Source: Rhodothermales bacterium (lineage in GTDB: Bacteria > Bacteroidota > Rhodothermia > Rhodothermales > UBA10348). Taken from it: a stretch of 50,737 nucleotides of DNA. Below the pieces are notes generated by a model. It was given only the letters and a program-made list of their open reading frames with translations, did not search any database and was not told where the DNA came from. The translations under genes were made by a program, and so were the position numbers. The stretch is from NCBI GenBank assembly GCA_017859335.1, contig JAFMNH010000003.1:1-50737 (forward strand). Reading direction: 5' to 3'. Every line of letters begins with the position of its first letter. Positions within the stretch are counted from its first letter, which is position 1. Shown here piece by piece: positions 39,307-47,617 of the stretch.

Positions 39307-40239
39307 TCAGAACAGGTCTACGAGGTTCATTTCCTTAAGGTAACGACCGGGATTACGCTGAAAGTCCGTAATCAAGGCGTTGAGATCAGACAACGTGGCG
39401 TCCATCCGATGATACATCGATGGGTCGTTGAGCAACAAGCCGAGCGTGCCCTCGCCGTCATTCAGCTTCCGCAGGATCTCATCAAGCTGCTCGTTTGTGG
39501 CCTGAAAGCGCTCCAGGTCCTCGTTCAATGTGGCCAGTGTGGTTTCCATCTGATCCATCAGGGAGGCCACGGCTTCGCCATCCTCCCCAAGCGCCGCATC
39601 CAGATCCGCCGTCAGGGAATCAGCATGTGCCAGGATGCGGGCAATCCGGTTGCTCTCGTCAGCCAGCAGGGTCTCTATCTGACGCATGCTCCCCCTGGCC
39701 GAAGACAGGATCTGGCGAATATCGGATTCAGGCGTCGACACCATGGCATTGGCCTGAGCCATCACTCCTTCAAGCTCCTCCAACACGCTGTCGACATTGG
39801 TCAGCATGGCCGGTGCACGGGTGGTCATCTCCGCCATCAGGTCCGAGGTCACCCGTGTGTCCACCAGGCCCCCTTCAGGGATCCGCTCTGCCGAAGCCGG
39901 GCCAAGGGTCAGGTCCATGCGGACGACCCCAAGGGCGTCGAAGCCACCGATGGTAGCATAGGTCCCCTCCGTCACGGGAATCGTCGGGTCCACATGGAAT
40001 TCAACAACCACCTTGCCCGTTGATTCGCTGATGTAAACCGATGTAACCGATCCAACGGAGACGCCATTCACCCGAACAATGTTACCGCCGATCAACCCGC
40101 CAGCATTTTCGAATTCGGCCACCAGGTCGTAGGTGGAATCAAACAAGGGCAGATCCTCGAAATAGCGGATACCCAGGATGAAAATGACCGTAGCAACGAT
40201 GATGGTCAAGCCAACCTTTATCTCGTTGGAAATCTTCAC
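39307..40239 (-). CDS. mlaD: MCE/MlaD family protein
   Basis: EIKVG + TM, AGGL..GN.VRVNGV.VG.V, helical tail, GEGTLGLLLND, NPGRY. Confidence 0.88.
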   Translation of the reverse strand: MKISNEIKVGLTIIVATVIFILGIRYFEDLPLFDSTYDLVAEFENAGGLIGGNIVRVNGVSVGSVTSVYISESTGKVVVEFHVDPTIPVTEGTYATIGGFDALGVVRMDLTLGPASAERIPEGGLVDTRVTSDLMAEMTTRAPAMLTNVDSVLEELEGVMAQANAMVSTPESDIRQILSSARGSMRQIETLLADESNRIARILAHADSLTADLDAALGEDGEAVASLMDQMETTLATLNEDLERFQATNEQLDEILRKLNDGEGTLGLLLNDPSMYHRMDATLSDLNALITDFQRNPGRYLKEMNLVDLF

Positions 40240-40264
40240 GTGGTTTCGGATTGGTTGATGGTTT

Positions 40265-41008
40265 TCAGGAGGGTCCGATCTTGTATTCGTTCGCCGTAAC
40301 GAAAGCCTTCAGGATCTGATCGTCACTGTGGTGCAGTTCCTCGATCGTACCCGTCCAGTGTACACGTCCCTCGTAGATGAAGGCCGCCCGGTCGGCAATG
40401 TTGAGTACCGAATGCATGTCATGCGTAACAACGATACTCGTCACATTGAGCCGATCTGCCAGATTTCGGATCAGTTCGTCAATGGTGTTGGATGTCTCAG
40501 GGTCCAGGCCGGAGGTCGGCTCATCGTATATGATGTAGCGGGGCTGCAAGGCCACGGCGCGGGCCAAGGCCACCCGCTTCTGCATGCCTCCTGACAGCTC
40601 CGAGGGCATCTTGGAACCTACATCCTCCAATTCGACCATCGCCAGACAATCCTTGACAACCTTCGAGATGTCGGCATCGCTCATGTCCGTGAACGTTCTC
40701 AGGGGGAAGGCCACGTTCTCGAACGAGTTCATGGAATCGAAGAGTGCTCCCCCCTGGAACAGCACGCCGAAGTTGCGCCGAACCCGTCTCAATTCGGCAT
40801 AGGTAATCGCATTGATATCAATCCCGTCTACCGTAACCGTGCCGGCATCCGGTTGCATCAACCCGATCAGATGCTTCATCAATACACTTTTACCAGACCC
40901 TGATCGACCGATGATGGCGACGGTTTCCCCCTCTGGAATGTCCACGGAAACATCCCTGAGAACATGCTTCTCGCCGAAGCTCTTGCTGATATGGGAAACG
41001 CTGATCAT
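40265..41008 (-). CDS. mlaF: MlaF/Mkl ABC transporter ATPase
   Basis: GRSGSGKS, LFQGGALFDSM, LSGGMQKRVALARA, YDEPTSGLDP, VTHD. Confidence 0.92.
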   Translation of the reverse strand: MISVSHISKSFGEKHVLRDVSVDIPEGETVAIIGRSGSGKSVLMKHLIGLMQPDAGTVTVDGIDINAITYAELRRVRRNFGVLFQGGALFDSMNSFENVAFPLRTFTDMSDADISKVVKDCLAMVELEDVGSKMPSELSGGMQKRVALARAVALQPRYIIYDEPTSGLDPETSNTIDELIRNLADRLNVTSIVVTHDMHSVLNIADRAAFIYEGRVHWTGTIEELHHSDDQILKAFVTANEYKIGPS

Positions 41009-41026
41009 GGGGAAGACGTCATGGGG

Positions 41027-41791
41027 TCAAAGCAATACAACAGCCAGCAGTAGATCTGCCAGCAGAAGAAACACGCAGCTGGCCACGGCTGCCTGTGTTG
41101 TCGCGCGGCCAACACCTTCGGCGCCCCCCTGGGTGTAATACCCCTTGAAGCAGGATATCGAGGTGATCAAGAAACCAAAAACGAGGGATTTGATGATCCC
41201 GAATATGGGATCAAAAGGCTGGAAGTACTCTCGCGCTCCGAATACAAATTCCTCAAACGGCACAAACCCTCCCAGCTCCCCAATAAGCATCCCACCGCCG
41301 ATACCGAAGAAGCAGGCTGCGATGTACAAGATGGGGAACATGACGACGCCCGCTATGACACGGGGTACGATCAGGTATCCGACGGAGTTGAGCCCCATGG
41401 TCTCGAGGGCATCTATCTGCTCGGTCACCCGCATCGTGCCCAATTCGGCGGCGATGCGCGCACCGACCCGGCCGGCCAGAATGAAGCCGGTGACGACGGC
41501 GCCCAACTCCAGGATCATGGAGGATGTGATGATGGCGCCTACAATACTGCGTGGAATGAGCGGAGAGACCAGCTGATAGGAGGTCTGCACCGTGCTTACA
41601 GCCCCTGAAAATGTCGCTGCCAGAATGACGATGGGTAATGACTCCACGCCTACCTTGACCATCTGCCGCCAGACGTTCGAGCGGTAACTCGAGATCTCGG
41701 CAACGGCCCCGAAGGCATGAAACAGCAATCGGCTGTAGCGGCCGAAGGCAGCAACGGGATTGATGACGATATGGGATGTCAGAGGGACCAC
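41027..41791 (-). CDS. mlaE: MlaE ABC permease
   Basis: ELGAV, AGRVGARIAAELGTMRVTEQIDALETMG, GGAEGVGRATT; start uncertain. Confidence 0.92.
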   Translation of the reverse strand: MVPLTSHIVINPVAAFGRYSRLLFHAFGAVAEISSYRSNVWRQMVKVGVESLPIVILAATFSGAVSTVQTSYQLVSPLIPRSIVGAIITSSMILELGAVVTGFILAGRVGARIAAELGTMRVTEQIDALETMGLNSVGYLIVPRVIAGVVMFPILYIAACFFGIGGGMLIGELGGFVPFEEFVFGAREYFQPFDPIFGIIKSLVFGFLITSISCFKGYYTQGGAEGVGRATTQAAVASCVFLLLADLLLAVVLL

Positions 41792-41987
41792 GCGTCAGGA
41801 GAGGTGGCTGATGGCATACCAAGATGCGATGCCGCCGAAGCGACGAGGGCGTCTCGCGTGCAGGTGAAAGTACGGACCCCGAACCTTACCGTGGCGTTCT
41901 GCACGGATTCGTCACAGGATCCCGCAGGTCACGTCCGTTCTAGGGTCGTGTCATGAGGCTGTCACCCCCCGACACTATTTTTGAATC

Positions 41988-43349
41988 ATGGCCAAAAACA
42001 AATCCATTTTCTTCTGTCAGGACTGCGGGAACGAGTCACCCAAGTGGTTGGGGCAGTGTCCGGCGTGCGGCGCATGGAATTCCCTGGTCGAAGAGCGCAC
42101 CGCCACGGGCAATCACAAGCCGGGGATCATTCGGGGAAGCAGCGTTTTGAGTCCCAAGCCGCTTAAGCTGTCCGAGGTCAAGAGCGGGGCAGAATCGCGC
42201 ATCGATACCGGCAACGCAGAGCTCGACCGGGTACTCGGTGGCGGAATTGTGGAGGGATCCGTCGTCCTGATTGCGGGAGACCCGGGTATCGGGAAGTCCA
42301 CCCTGATGACTGAACTGGCCACCCTGCTCGAATCGGTAAAACTGCTCTATGTAACAGGCGAGGAGTCTCCTTCCCAGGTCAAGATGCGTGCTGAGCGCAT
42401 GGGTGTCTCCTCGGAAAACTTCCTTTTGCTGGCAGAGACGGATGTGGAGTCCATCATCCGGTGCGTTCAGGACGAGGAGCCGTCGGTCCTTGTAATCGAC
42501 TCCATCCAGACCGTTTTCCGCTCGGATCTGTCCAGCGCACCGGGATCGGTTACCCAGGTGCGCGAGAGTGCGGCTGCGCTGATTCAGATGGCCAAGGCCT
42601 CTGGCACGGCCACCTTCATCGTGGGACATGTCACCAAGTCCGGGACCATTGCAGGTCCTCGGGTACTCGAACACATGGTCGACACGGTGCTGTACCTCGA
42701 GGGCGATCGGCATCATGTCTTCCGCATTCTACGCGCGGTCAAGAACCGCTTCGGCTCGACCAACGAGATCGGCGTATTCGAGATGGAATCCCGCGGGCTG
42801 ACTCCCGTGGACAACCCGAGTGAGCTGTTCCTCTCGGATCGGAACCTACTCTCTCCCGGCTCGGCTGTGGTCTGTTCCTTGGAGGGCTCTCGACCCATGC
42901 TGGCCGAAATACAGGCTCTGGTCACACCCACGTCCTATTCCAACCCACAGCGCACGGCCAGCGGGTTTGACGGCCGCCGGTTACAAATGCTGTTGGCCGT
43001 CCTGGAAAAGCGGGCAGGCATGCCGCTCTCCACATGCGATGTTTTCGTCAACGTAACCGGCGGCCTGCGCCTTACCGAACCGGCAGCCGATCTGGCCATT
43101 GCGGCGGCAGTGGCCTCCTCGTGGCGAGATATCCCTTTGCCATCCCAGGCCATGATTACAGGAGAAGTCGGGTTGGGCGGAGAAATCAGGGCTGTTTCCC
43201 AACTGGAGTCCCGGCTGGTTGAAACATCGCGCCTTGGTTTCACCCAAGCCTATGTACCGGGAAAAGGGCTGGACAAGAAGAACACGCCGAAGTCATTGGA
43301 GTGTGTGGGCCTGAAAAGCCTGGAGCACATGATGAGCCTGTTGTTCTGA
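41988..43349 (+). CDS. radA: DNA repair protein RadA/Sms
   Basis: CQDCG...CPAC zinc finger, GDPGIGKST, KNRFG, GEVGLGGE. Confidence 0.97.
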   Translation: MAKNKSIFFCQDCGNESPKWLGQCPACGAWNSLVEERTATGNHKPGIIRGSSVLSPKPLKLSEVKSGAESRIDTGNAELDRVLGGGIVEGSVVLIAGDPGIGKSTLMTELATLLESVKLLYVTGEESPSQVKMRAERMGVSSENFLLLAETDVESIIRCVQDEEPSVLVIDSIQTVFRSDLSSAPGSVTQVRESAAALIQMAKASGTATFIVGHVTKSGTIAGPRVLEHMVDTVLYLEGDRHHVFRILRAVKNRFGSTNEIGVFEMESRGLTPVDNPSELFLSDRNLLSPGSAVVCSLEGSRPMLAEIQALVTPTSYSNPQRTASGFDGRRLQMLLAVLEKRAGMPLSTCDVFVNVTGGLRLTEPAADLAIAAAVASSWRDIPLPSQAMITGEVGLGGEIRAVSQLESRLVETSRLGFTQAYVPGKGLDKKNTPKSLECVGLKSLEHMMSLLF

Positions 43350-43486
43350 GGGCAGCGTGCCGCGATCGGGGCGACAGTATGGCCAGGTCTGCCAGCTGAT
43401 TCCGCCCGACGGATAACTCGATCTGCCCCCGAGGGCTGTCTATTTCAGTCGGCTGCGACCGCAGCATGCCCCACACGACGGATGGC

Positions 43487-44191
43487 TCAGCCAGCCGCCC
43501 GATCCAGTACCTGTACTGTCCCGTCGGAGCGACCCACCAGCACGTTGGTTGCCAAGCCGATGAACAGACCGTGGTCCACGACGCCCGGCGTTTTCAGGAG
43601 TACATCGTTGACGTGCTCCGGCTCGGTAATACCATCAAACATCGCATCCACGATCCACATTCCCTGATCGGACACCACAGGACCATCCTTCTTCATGCCC
43701 ATTCGAATCTCTGCCTGGGCGCCCAGCTGACGCACAACCTGCATGATGGGCGTCACAGCCATGGGCACGACCTCGATGGGAAGCGGCATGCGATGACCGA
43801 GCTGGTCGACGATTTTGCTCTCATCAACGAGGACCACGAATTGCTTGGCTCTTGAGGCCACGATCTTCTCCCGGGTCTGCGCTGCCCCTCGGCCCTTGAT
43901 CAACACGAAATCAGGATCCACCTCGTCGGCTCCATCGAAAGCCAGGTCCAAATCGGGTATCTCGTCAAGCGTCGTGAGTTCAATGCCATGTTGACGGGCC
44001 AACCGCTCGGCTGCAAACGATGTGGCCACCCCCTTCACCTTCAACCCTTCGTTGGCAATCCTGCTTCCAAGCGCTTCAATGGCCATGGCGGCTGTCGAAC
44101 CTGTCCCGATACCGAGCGCCATACCGTCGGTAATCAGGGAGGCAACGTGGGCGCCAACAGCTTTCTTCGCCGCGGCTTGCAGATCAGACAT
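43487..44191 (-). CDS. rpiA: Ribose-5-phosphate isomerase A
   Basis: GIGTGST, DGADEVD, IKGRG...REK, PIEV, GVVDHGLF. Confidence 0.96.
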   Translation of the reverse strand: MSDLQAAAKKAVGAHVASLITDGMALGIGTGSTAAMAIEALGSRIANEGLKVKGVATSFAAERLARQHGIELTTLDEIPDLDLAFDGADEVDPDFVLIKGRGAAQTREKIVASRAKQFVVLVDESKIVDQLGHRMPLPIEVVPMAVTPIMQVVRQLGAQAEIRMGMKKDGPVVSDQGMWIVDAMFDGITEPEHVNDVLLKTPGVVDHGLFIGLATNVLVGRSDGTVQVLDRAAG

Positions 44192-44301
44192 CGGGATTCG
44201 GGTCGGGTGATCAGAGATGCCCGCAATCTAAGACGTGTCGTCCTTACGGGCGAATGCCCACGCACTACTTCCTCCCAACAGATCGCAAGAACCTGAAACC
44301 C

Positions 44302-45540
44302 CTATTCGAAACGCAGGGAGTCGATGGGATTGAGCCGAGCCGCCTTGTAAGCCGGGTAGCCACCGAAGACGAGGGCGATGCCGGTAACCATGACCACAGC
44401 ACCAATGGCCCAATTGGTTGGGAAAGTACCTGAAATATCGAAGTAAATGGCCACGCCATTACCGACCAGTGCACCCAGAACGATACCGATGAACCCACCG
44501 ATCTGACACAGGAAGAAGGCCTCGAGCAGGAACTGCCGCATGATGTCCTTGCGACGCGCACCTATACTCTTGCGTATCCCGATCTCCCGTGTCCGCTCGG
44601 TCACAGAGACGAGCATGATATTCATGATGCCAATGCCCGCAGCCAGGAGGGAAATCAACCCGATACCGGCACCACCCGCCGTCAGCGTTCCGGTAAAGGC
44701 CTCGAAAATGGCCTGCATGGAGTCGTTGGTGGAAATCTCGAAGTTGTTGTCCTCGCCCGGCTCCACCTTGCGAATGACGCGCATCTTACCGGTGGCTTCT
44801 TCCTTGGCAGCGTTGATGAGGACAGGATCACTGACCCGAACCGAAATATTGGCAATGTTGCGGTTCGTGCCGCCGAACACCGTAAACCCTCGCGTAACCG
44901 GGATATAAATGCGATTGTCCTGGGAAAAGCCCAGGAAACTACCCTTGCTCTTGAGAACGCCAACCACTTCACACCGCATGCCGGAAGCGCGCACGACCTT
45001 TCCGATGGCATTCTCCGTCTCGAAGAGCTCCTCTGAGATATCTGATCCCAGCACGCAGTGTGGCCGCGCATACTGCACATCATCACTGGTGAAAAAACGG
45101 CCGTAATCCAGCTCATAGGAGTAATTGCCGAGCATATGCTCATCAACACCCATTACAATGATGTTGGGCTCGGTTTCCCGGTCCTTGTACACCACTTTAC
45201 CGAGCGAAAAATCCTCGAGCACACTGACGGTCACGGGAAGAGTCAACGCGTCACTGAGCCGCTCGACCTGGTCAAATGTTATGCTCGGACGATTGCGCAT
45301 GCTACGATCCGTGTTGCCCGTCTGGATCATGGGCGTTCGCGAAATCGAGAACGTGGAAGAGCCCAGGAATTGGAGTCGATCCTTGAAGTACACATCAATG
45401 ACCTGAACCGCTGTCACGGACACGATGATGGCAAACACACCGATGACCATACCGAGCAGCGTAAGCGCCGAACGCACTTTGTGACCCCGCAGGGCCTCAA
45501 TGGACATGCGGGCCGACTCGAAAAAGCCCATGTTATTCAT
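44302..45540 (-). CDS. MacB/FtsX-like ABC permease
   Basis: RSALTLLGMVIGV, periplasmic domain, GIGIMNIMLVSVTERTREIGIRK, ARLNPIDSLRFE; start at 45540 or 45531. Confidence 0.92.
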   Translation of the reverse strand: MNNMGFFESARMSIEALRGHKVRSALTLLGMVIGVFAIIVSVTAVQVIDVYFKDRLQFLGSSTFSISRTPMIQTGNTDRSMRNRPSITFDQVERLSDALTLPVTVSVLEDFSLGKVVYKDRETEPNIIVMGVDEHMLGNYSYELDYGRFFTSDDVQYARPHCVLGSDISEELFETENAIGKVVRASGMRCEVVGVLKSKGSFLGFSQDNRIYIPVTRGFTVFGGTNRNIANISVRVSDPVLINAAKEEATGKMRVIRKVEPGEDNNFEISTNDSMQAIFEAFTGTLTAGGAGIGLISLLAAGIGIMNIMLVSVTERTREIGIRKSIGARRKDIMRQFLLEAFFLCQIGGFIGIVLGALVGNGVAIYFDISGTFPTNWAIGAVVMVTGIALVFGGYPAYKAARLNPIDSLRFE

Positions 45541-46771
45541 AGCGCAGTGCCTCGATGGGAGGGGCCTTGGCTGCCGACCAGGCCGGCGCCAGACCGAAGA
45601 TCGTTCCGATGGCAACACAGATGAAGAAGGCCATGGCCACGGTACCCAGATCCAGGCTGGCCGGCAGGACCATGCCAATCAGCATGGACAGGGGGAAGGC
45701 CAGACCGACACCTATGAGCCCACCGACCATGCAGATGACGACGGCTTCGACAAGGAACTGCATCAGGATGCTGATTCGCCGGGCACCGACCGCCTTGCGC
45801 ACACCGATTTCGCGCGTGCGTTCACGCACGGTCACGAACATGATATTCATGACCCCGATACCACCGACCAGGAGGGCCAGGGCCGTCAATCCGATGCCTA
45901 TGCCGAAAATGGCATTTTTGATGGGCTCAATGGTAGCCCGCAGCGTTTCCTGCTCGTTGATCTCAAAATTGTCTTCCTCCCCCACGGTCAGTCCTCGCGA
46001 GAGACGTGCCACACCGCGGATCTCATCCTTTGCATCGGCCAGGGCGACGCCGTCAATGACCTTGGCACGAACGCTTACGTCGCGCCACCGGGTACCGTAG
46101 AATTTCTTGAAGGTGTTGAACGGGATCTGTACCGCCCAATCCTCGGAGGCGCTGCCCTCAGCCCCTTGCCCCTGCCGGGTCATGACGGCAATCACCCGGA
46201 ACGTGTTGCCGGCTACTTTCAGCTCTTTGCCCAGCGGATTGCCGAACGGGAAAAGCTCCTCTGCGACGCCTGCACCGATGACGGCCACGTTGCGCGCCCC
46301 TTGATCATCGAATGGGGTAATGAAGTAGCCCTCTGCCAGATCGACCACATGAACGTCGCCGTAATTGGCCTGCACGCCCATGATCTGCGATGAGGAGATG
46401 GATTGGTGCTCGGTCTTGAGTGACCGGGACGTGCGTACAACCGCGGTGGCAGCCTGAACCATGCGGGAGCGCTCGTTCAGATCGGCGGCCAATGCCTCCG
46501 TGATATTGGGCCGGTTGATGTATTCCCACCATTTCGTACCCGGTCCGCTAGCCCATGGCCACTTCTCTATGTACACGACGTCCGTTCCCAGGGAAGAGAT
46601 GTCGTTTTCAAAGCCCTGCTCGATCCCGTTCGTAACCGTCGCCATCCCGGTAACAGAGACGATACCGATGATGATGCCGAGCGTGGTCAGAACCGCGCGC
46701 ATCTTGTTGGACCATACTGCCCTGACGGCAATCAGGATGGATTCGATCAATTCGAAGAAGAACCGGCGCAC
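45533..46771 (-). CDS. MacB/FtsX-like ABC permease (paralog)
   Basis: RAVLTTLGIIIGI, GGIGVMNIMFVTVRERTREIGVRK, PIEALRYE. Confidence 0.92.
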   Translation of the reverse strand: MRRFFFELIESILIAVRAVWSNKMRAVLTTLGIIIGIVSVTGMATVTNGIEQGFENDISSLGTDVVYIEKWPWASGPGTKWWEYINRPNITEALAADLNERSRMVQAATAVVRTSRSLKTEHQSISSSQIMGVQANYGDVHVVDLAEGYFITPFDDQGARNVAVIGAGVAEELFPFGNPLGKELKVAGNTFRVIAVMTRQGQGAEGSASEDWAVQIPFNTFKKFYGTRWRDVSVRAKVIDGVALADAKDEIRGVARLSRGLTVGEEDNFEINEQETLRATIEPIKNAIFGIGIGLTALALLVGGIGVMNIMFVTVRERTREIGVRKAVGARRISILMQFLVEAVVICMVGGLIGVGLAFPLSMLIGMVLPASLDLGTVAMAFFICVAIGTIFGLAPAWSAAKAPPIEALRYE

Positions 46772-46934
46772 AGCGAAGGTGTTGGATGGTTGGGAGGAAA
46801 GGGGTACGTGGGGCAGGCGCGCGTGTTGCAGGGCCGATCACAGAACGGCCTTAATTCCGCAACTCTGCAAATATCCGGAACAACGCCCCACTGCCTCCAT
46901 ATTTGCTCAGCGCATCCATCCAATCCGCATCATC

Positions 46935-47093
46935 ATGGGAAAAATCAGCATCCTTGGCGAGTTCTGGCAGTTCCTGAAAGTCCGCAAGAAGTTCTGGCTC
47001 GCCCCGATCCTGGTCGTGCTGCTGCTCTTGAGCCTGGTCATCGTTCTGGCCCAGGGCTCTGCCTTGGCTCCCTTCATCTACGCCCTGTTCTAA
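46935..47093 (+). CDS. Small membrane protein, DUF5989/SxtK-like (52 aa)
   Basis: Real gene is the 3' end of the 46461 ORF: MGKISILGEFWQFLKVRKKFWLAPILVVLLLLSLVIVLAQGSALAPFIYALF; RKK.WL.P and APFIY.LF signature. Confidence 0.85.
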   Translation: MGKISILGEFWQFLKVRKKFWLAPILVVLLLLSLVIVLAQGSALAPFIYALF

Positions 47094-47617
47094 GTAACGG
47101 ACGGGCCGCCCATGGTCTCAGGGTGTTCGAATGACAGCGGCTTTTCAAAACGCAGCCGGTATTCCCCGTACGTTGCGTTGAAGTCGGCTTTGGTCAGTTG
47201 GAAGCCGTGCTTCAACGCAAGATTGGTCATTCCAGGATGGAGATTGGGGAACGTGTCGAACGCCAGCATGCGGTAGTCTGCAGAGCCTGCAATCCGCATC
47301 ATTTCAGCCAGTAGCGCCACGGCAATACCCTGTCTGCGAAAAGCAGGCATGACCCCACCCTTGGCGCTATAAAAGGTATGAGGGCTTTCGCGGTAGCCGA
47401 TTTTGAAGCCTGCCGGTTGATTCTCGAGGCGCGCCTCGAGAATGAGAAGGTCCTCCCGATCGAAGGTATTGATGATGCGCTCTTCCTTGAAGATGGCGCG
47501 GTTCATGTCCTCGATGGACGCCAGCGCATCGCGCCGCTTCTGCTCAATCGTTAGTCCAGGCACGCGGGGAGACCGAAGCGCCGCCGGTGGGATGTAGTCA
47601 AAACGCTGCATGGGCAT
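47090..47617 (-). CDS. GNAT-family N-acetyltransferase
   Basis: GFKIGY, GGVMPAFRRQGIA acetyl-CoA motif, LKHGF; TGATG coupling to the helicase stop. Confidence 0.85.
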   Translation of the reverse strand: MPMQRFDYIPPAALRSPRVPGLTIEQKRRDALASIEDMNRAIFKEERIINTFDREDLLILEARLENQPAGFKIGYRESPHTFYSAKGGVMPAFRRQGIAVALLAEMMRIAGSADYRMLAFDTFPNLHPGMTNLALKHGFQLTKADFNATYGEYRLRFEKPLSFEHPETMGGPSVT

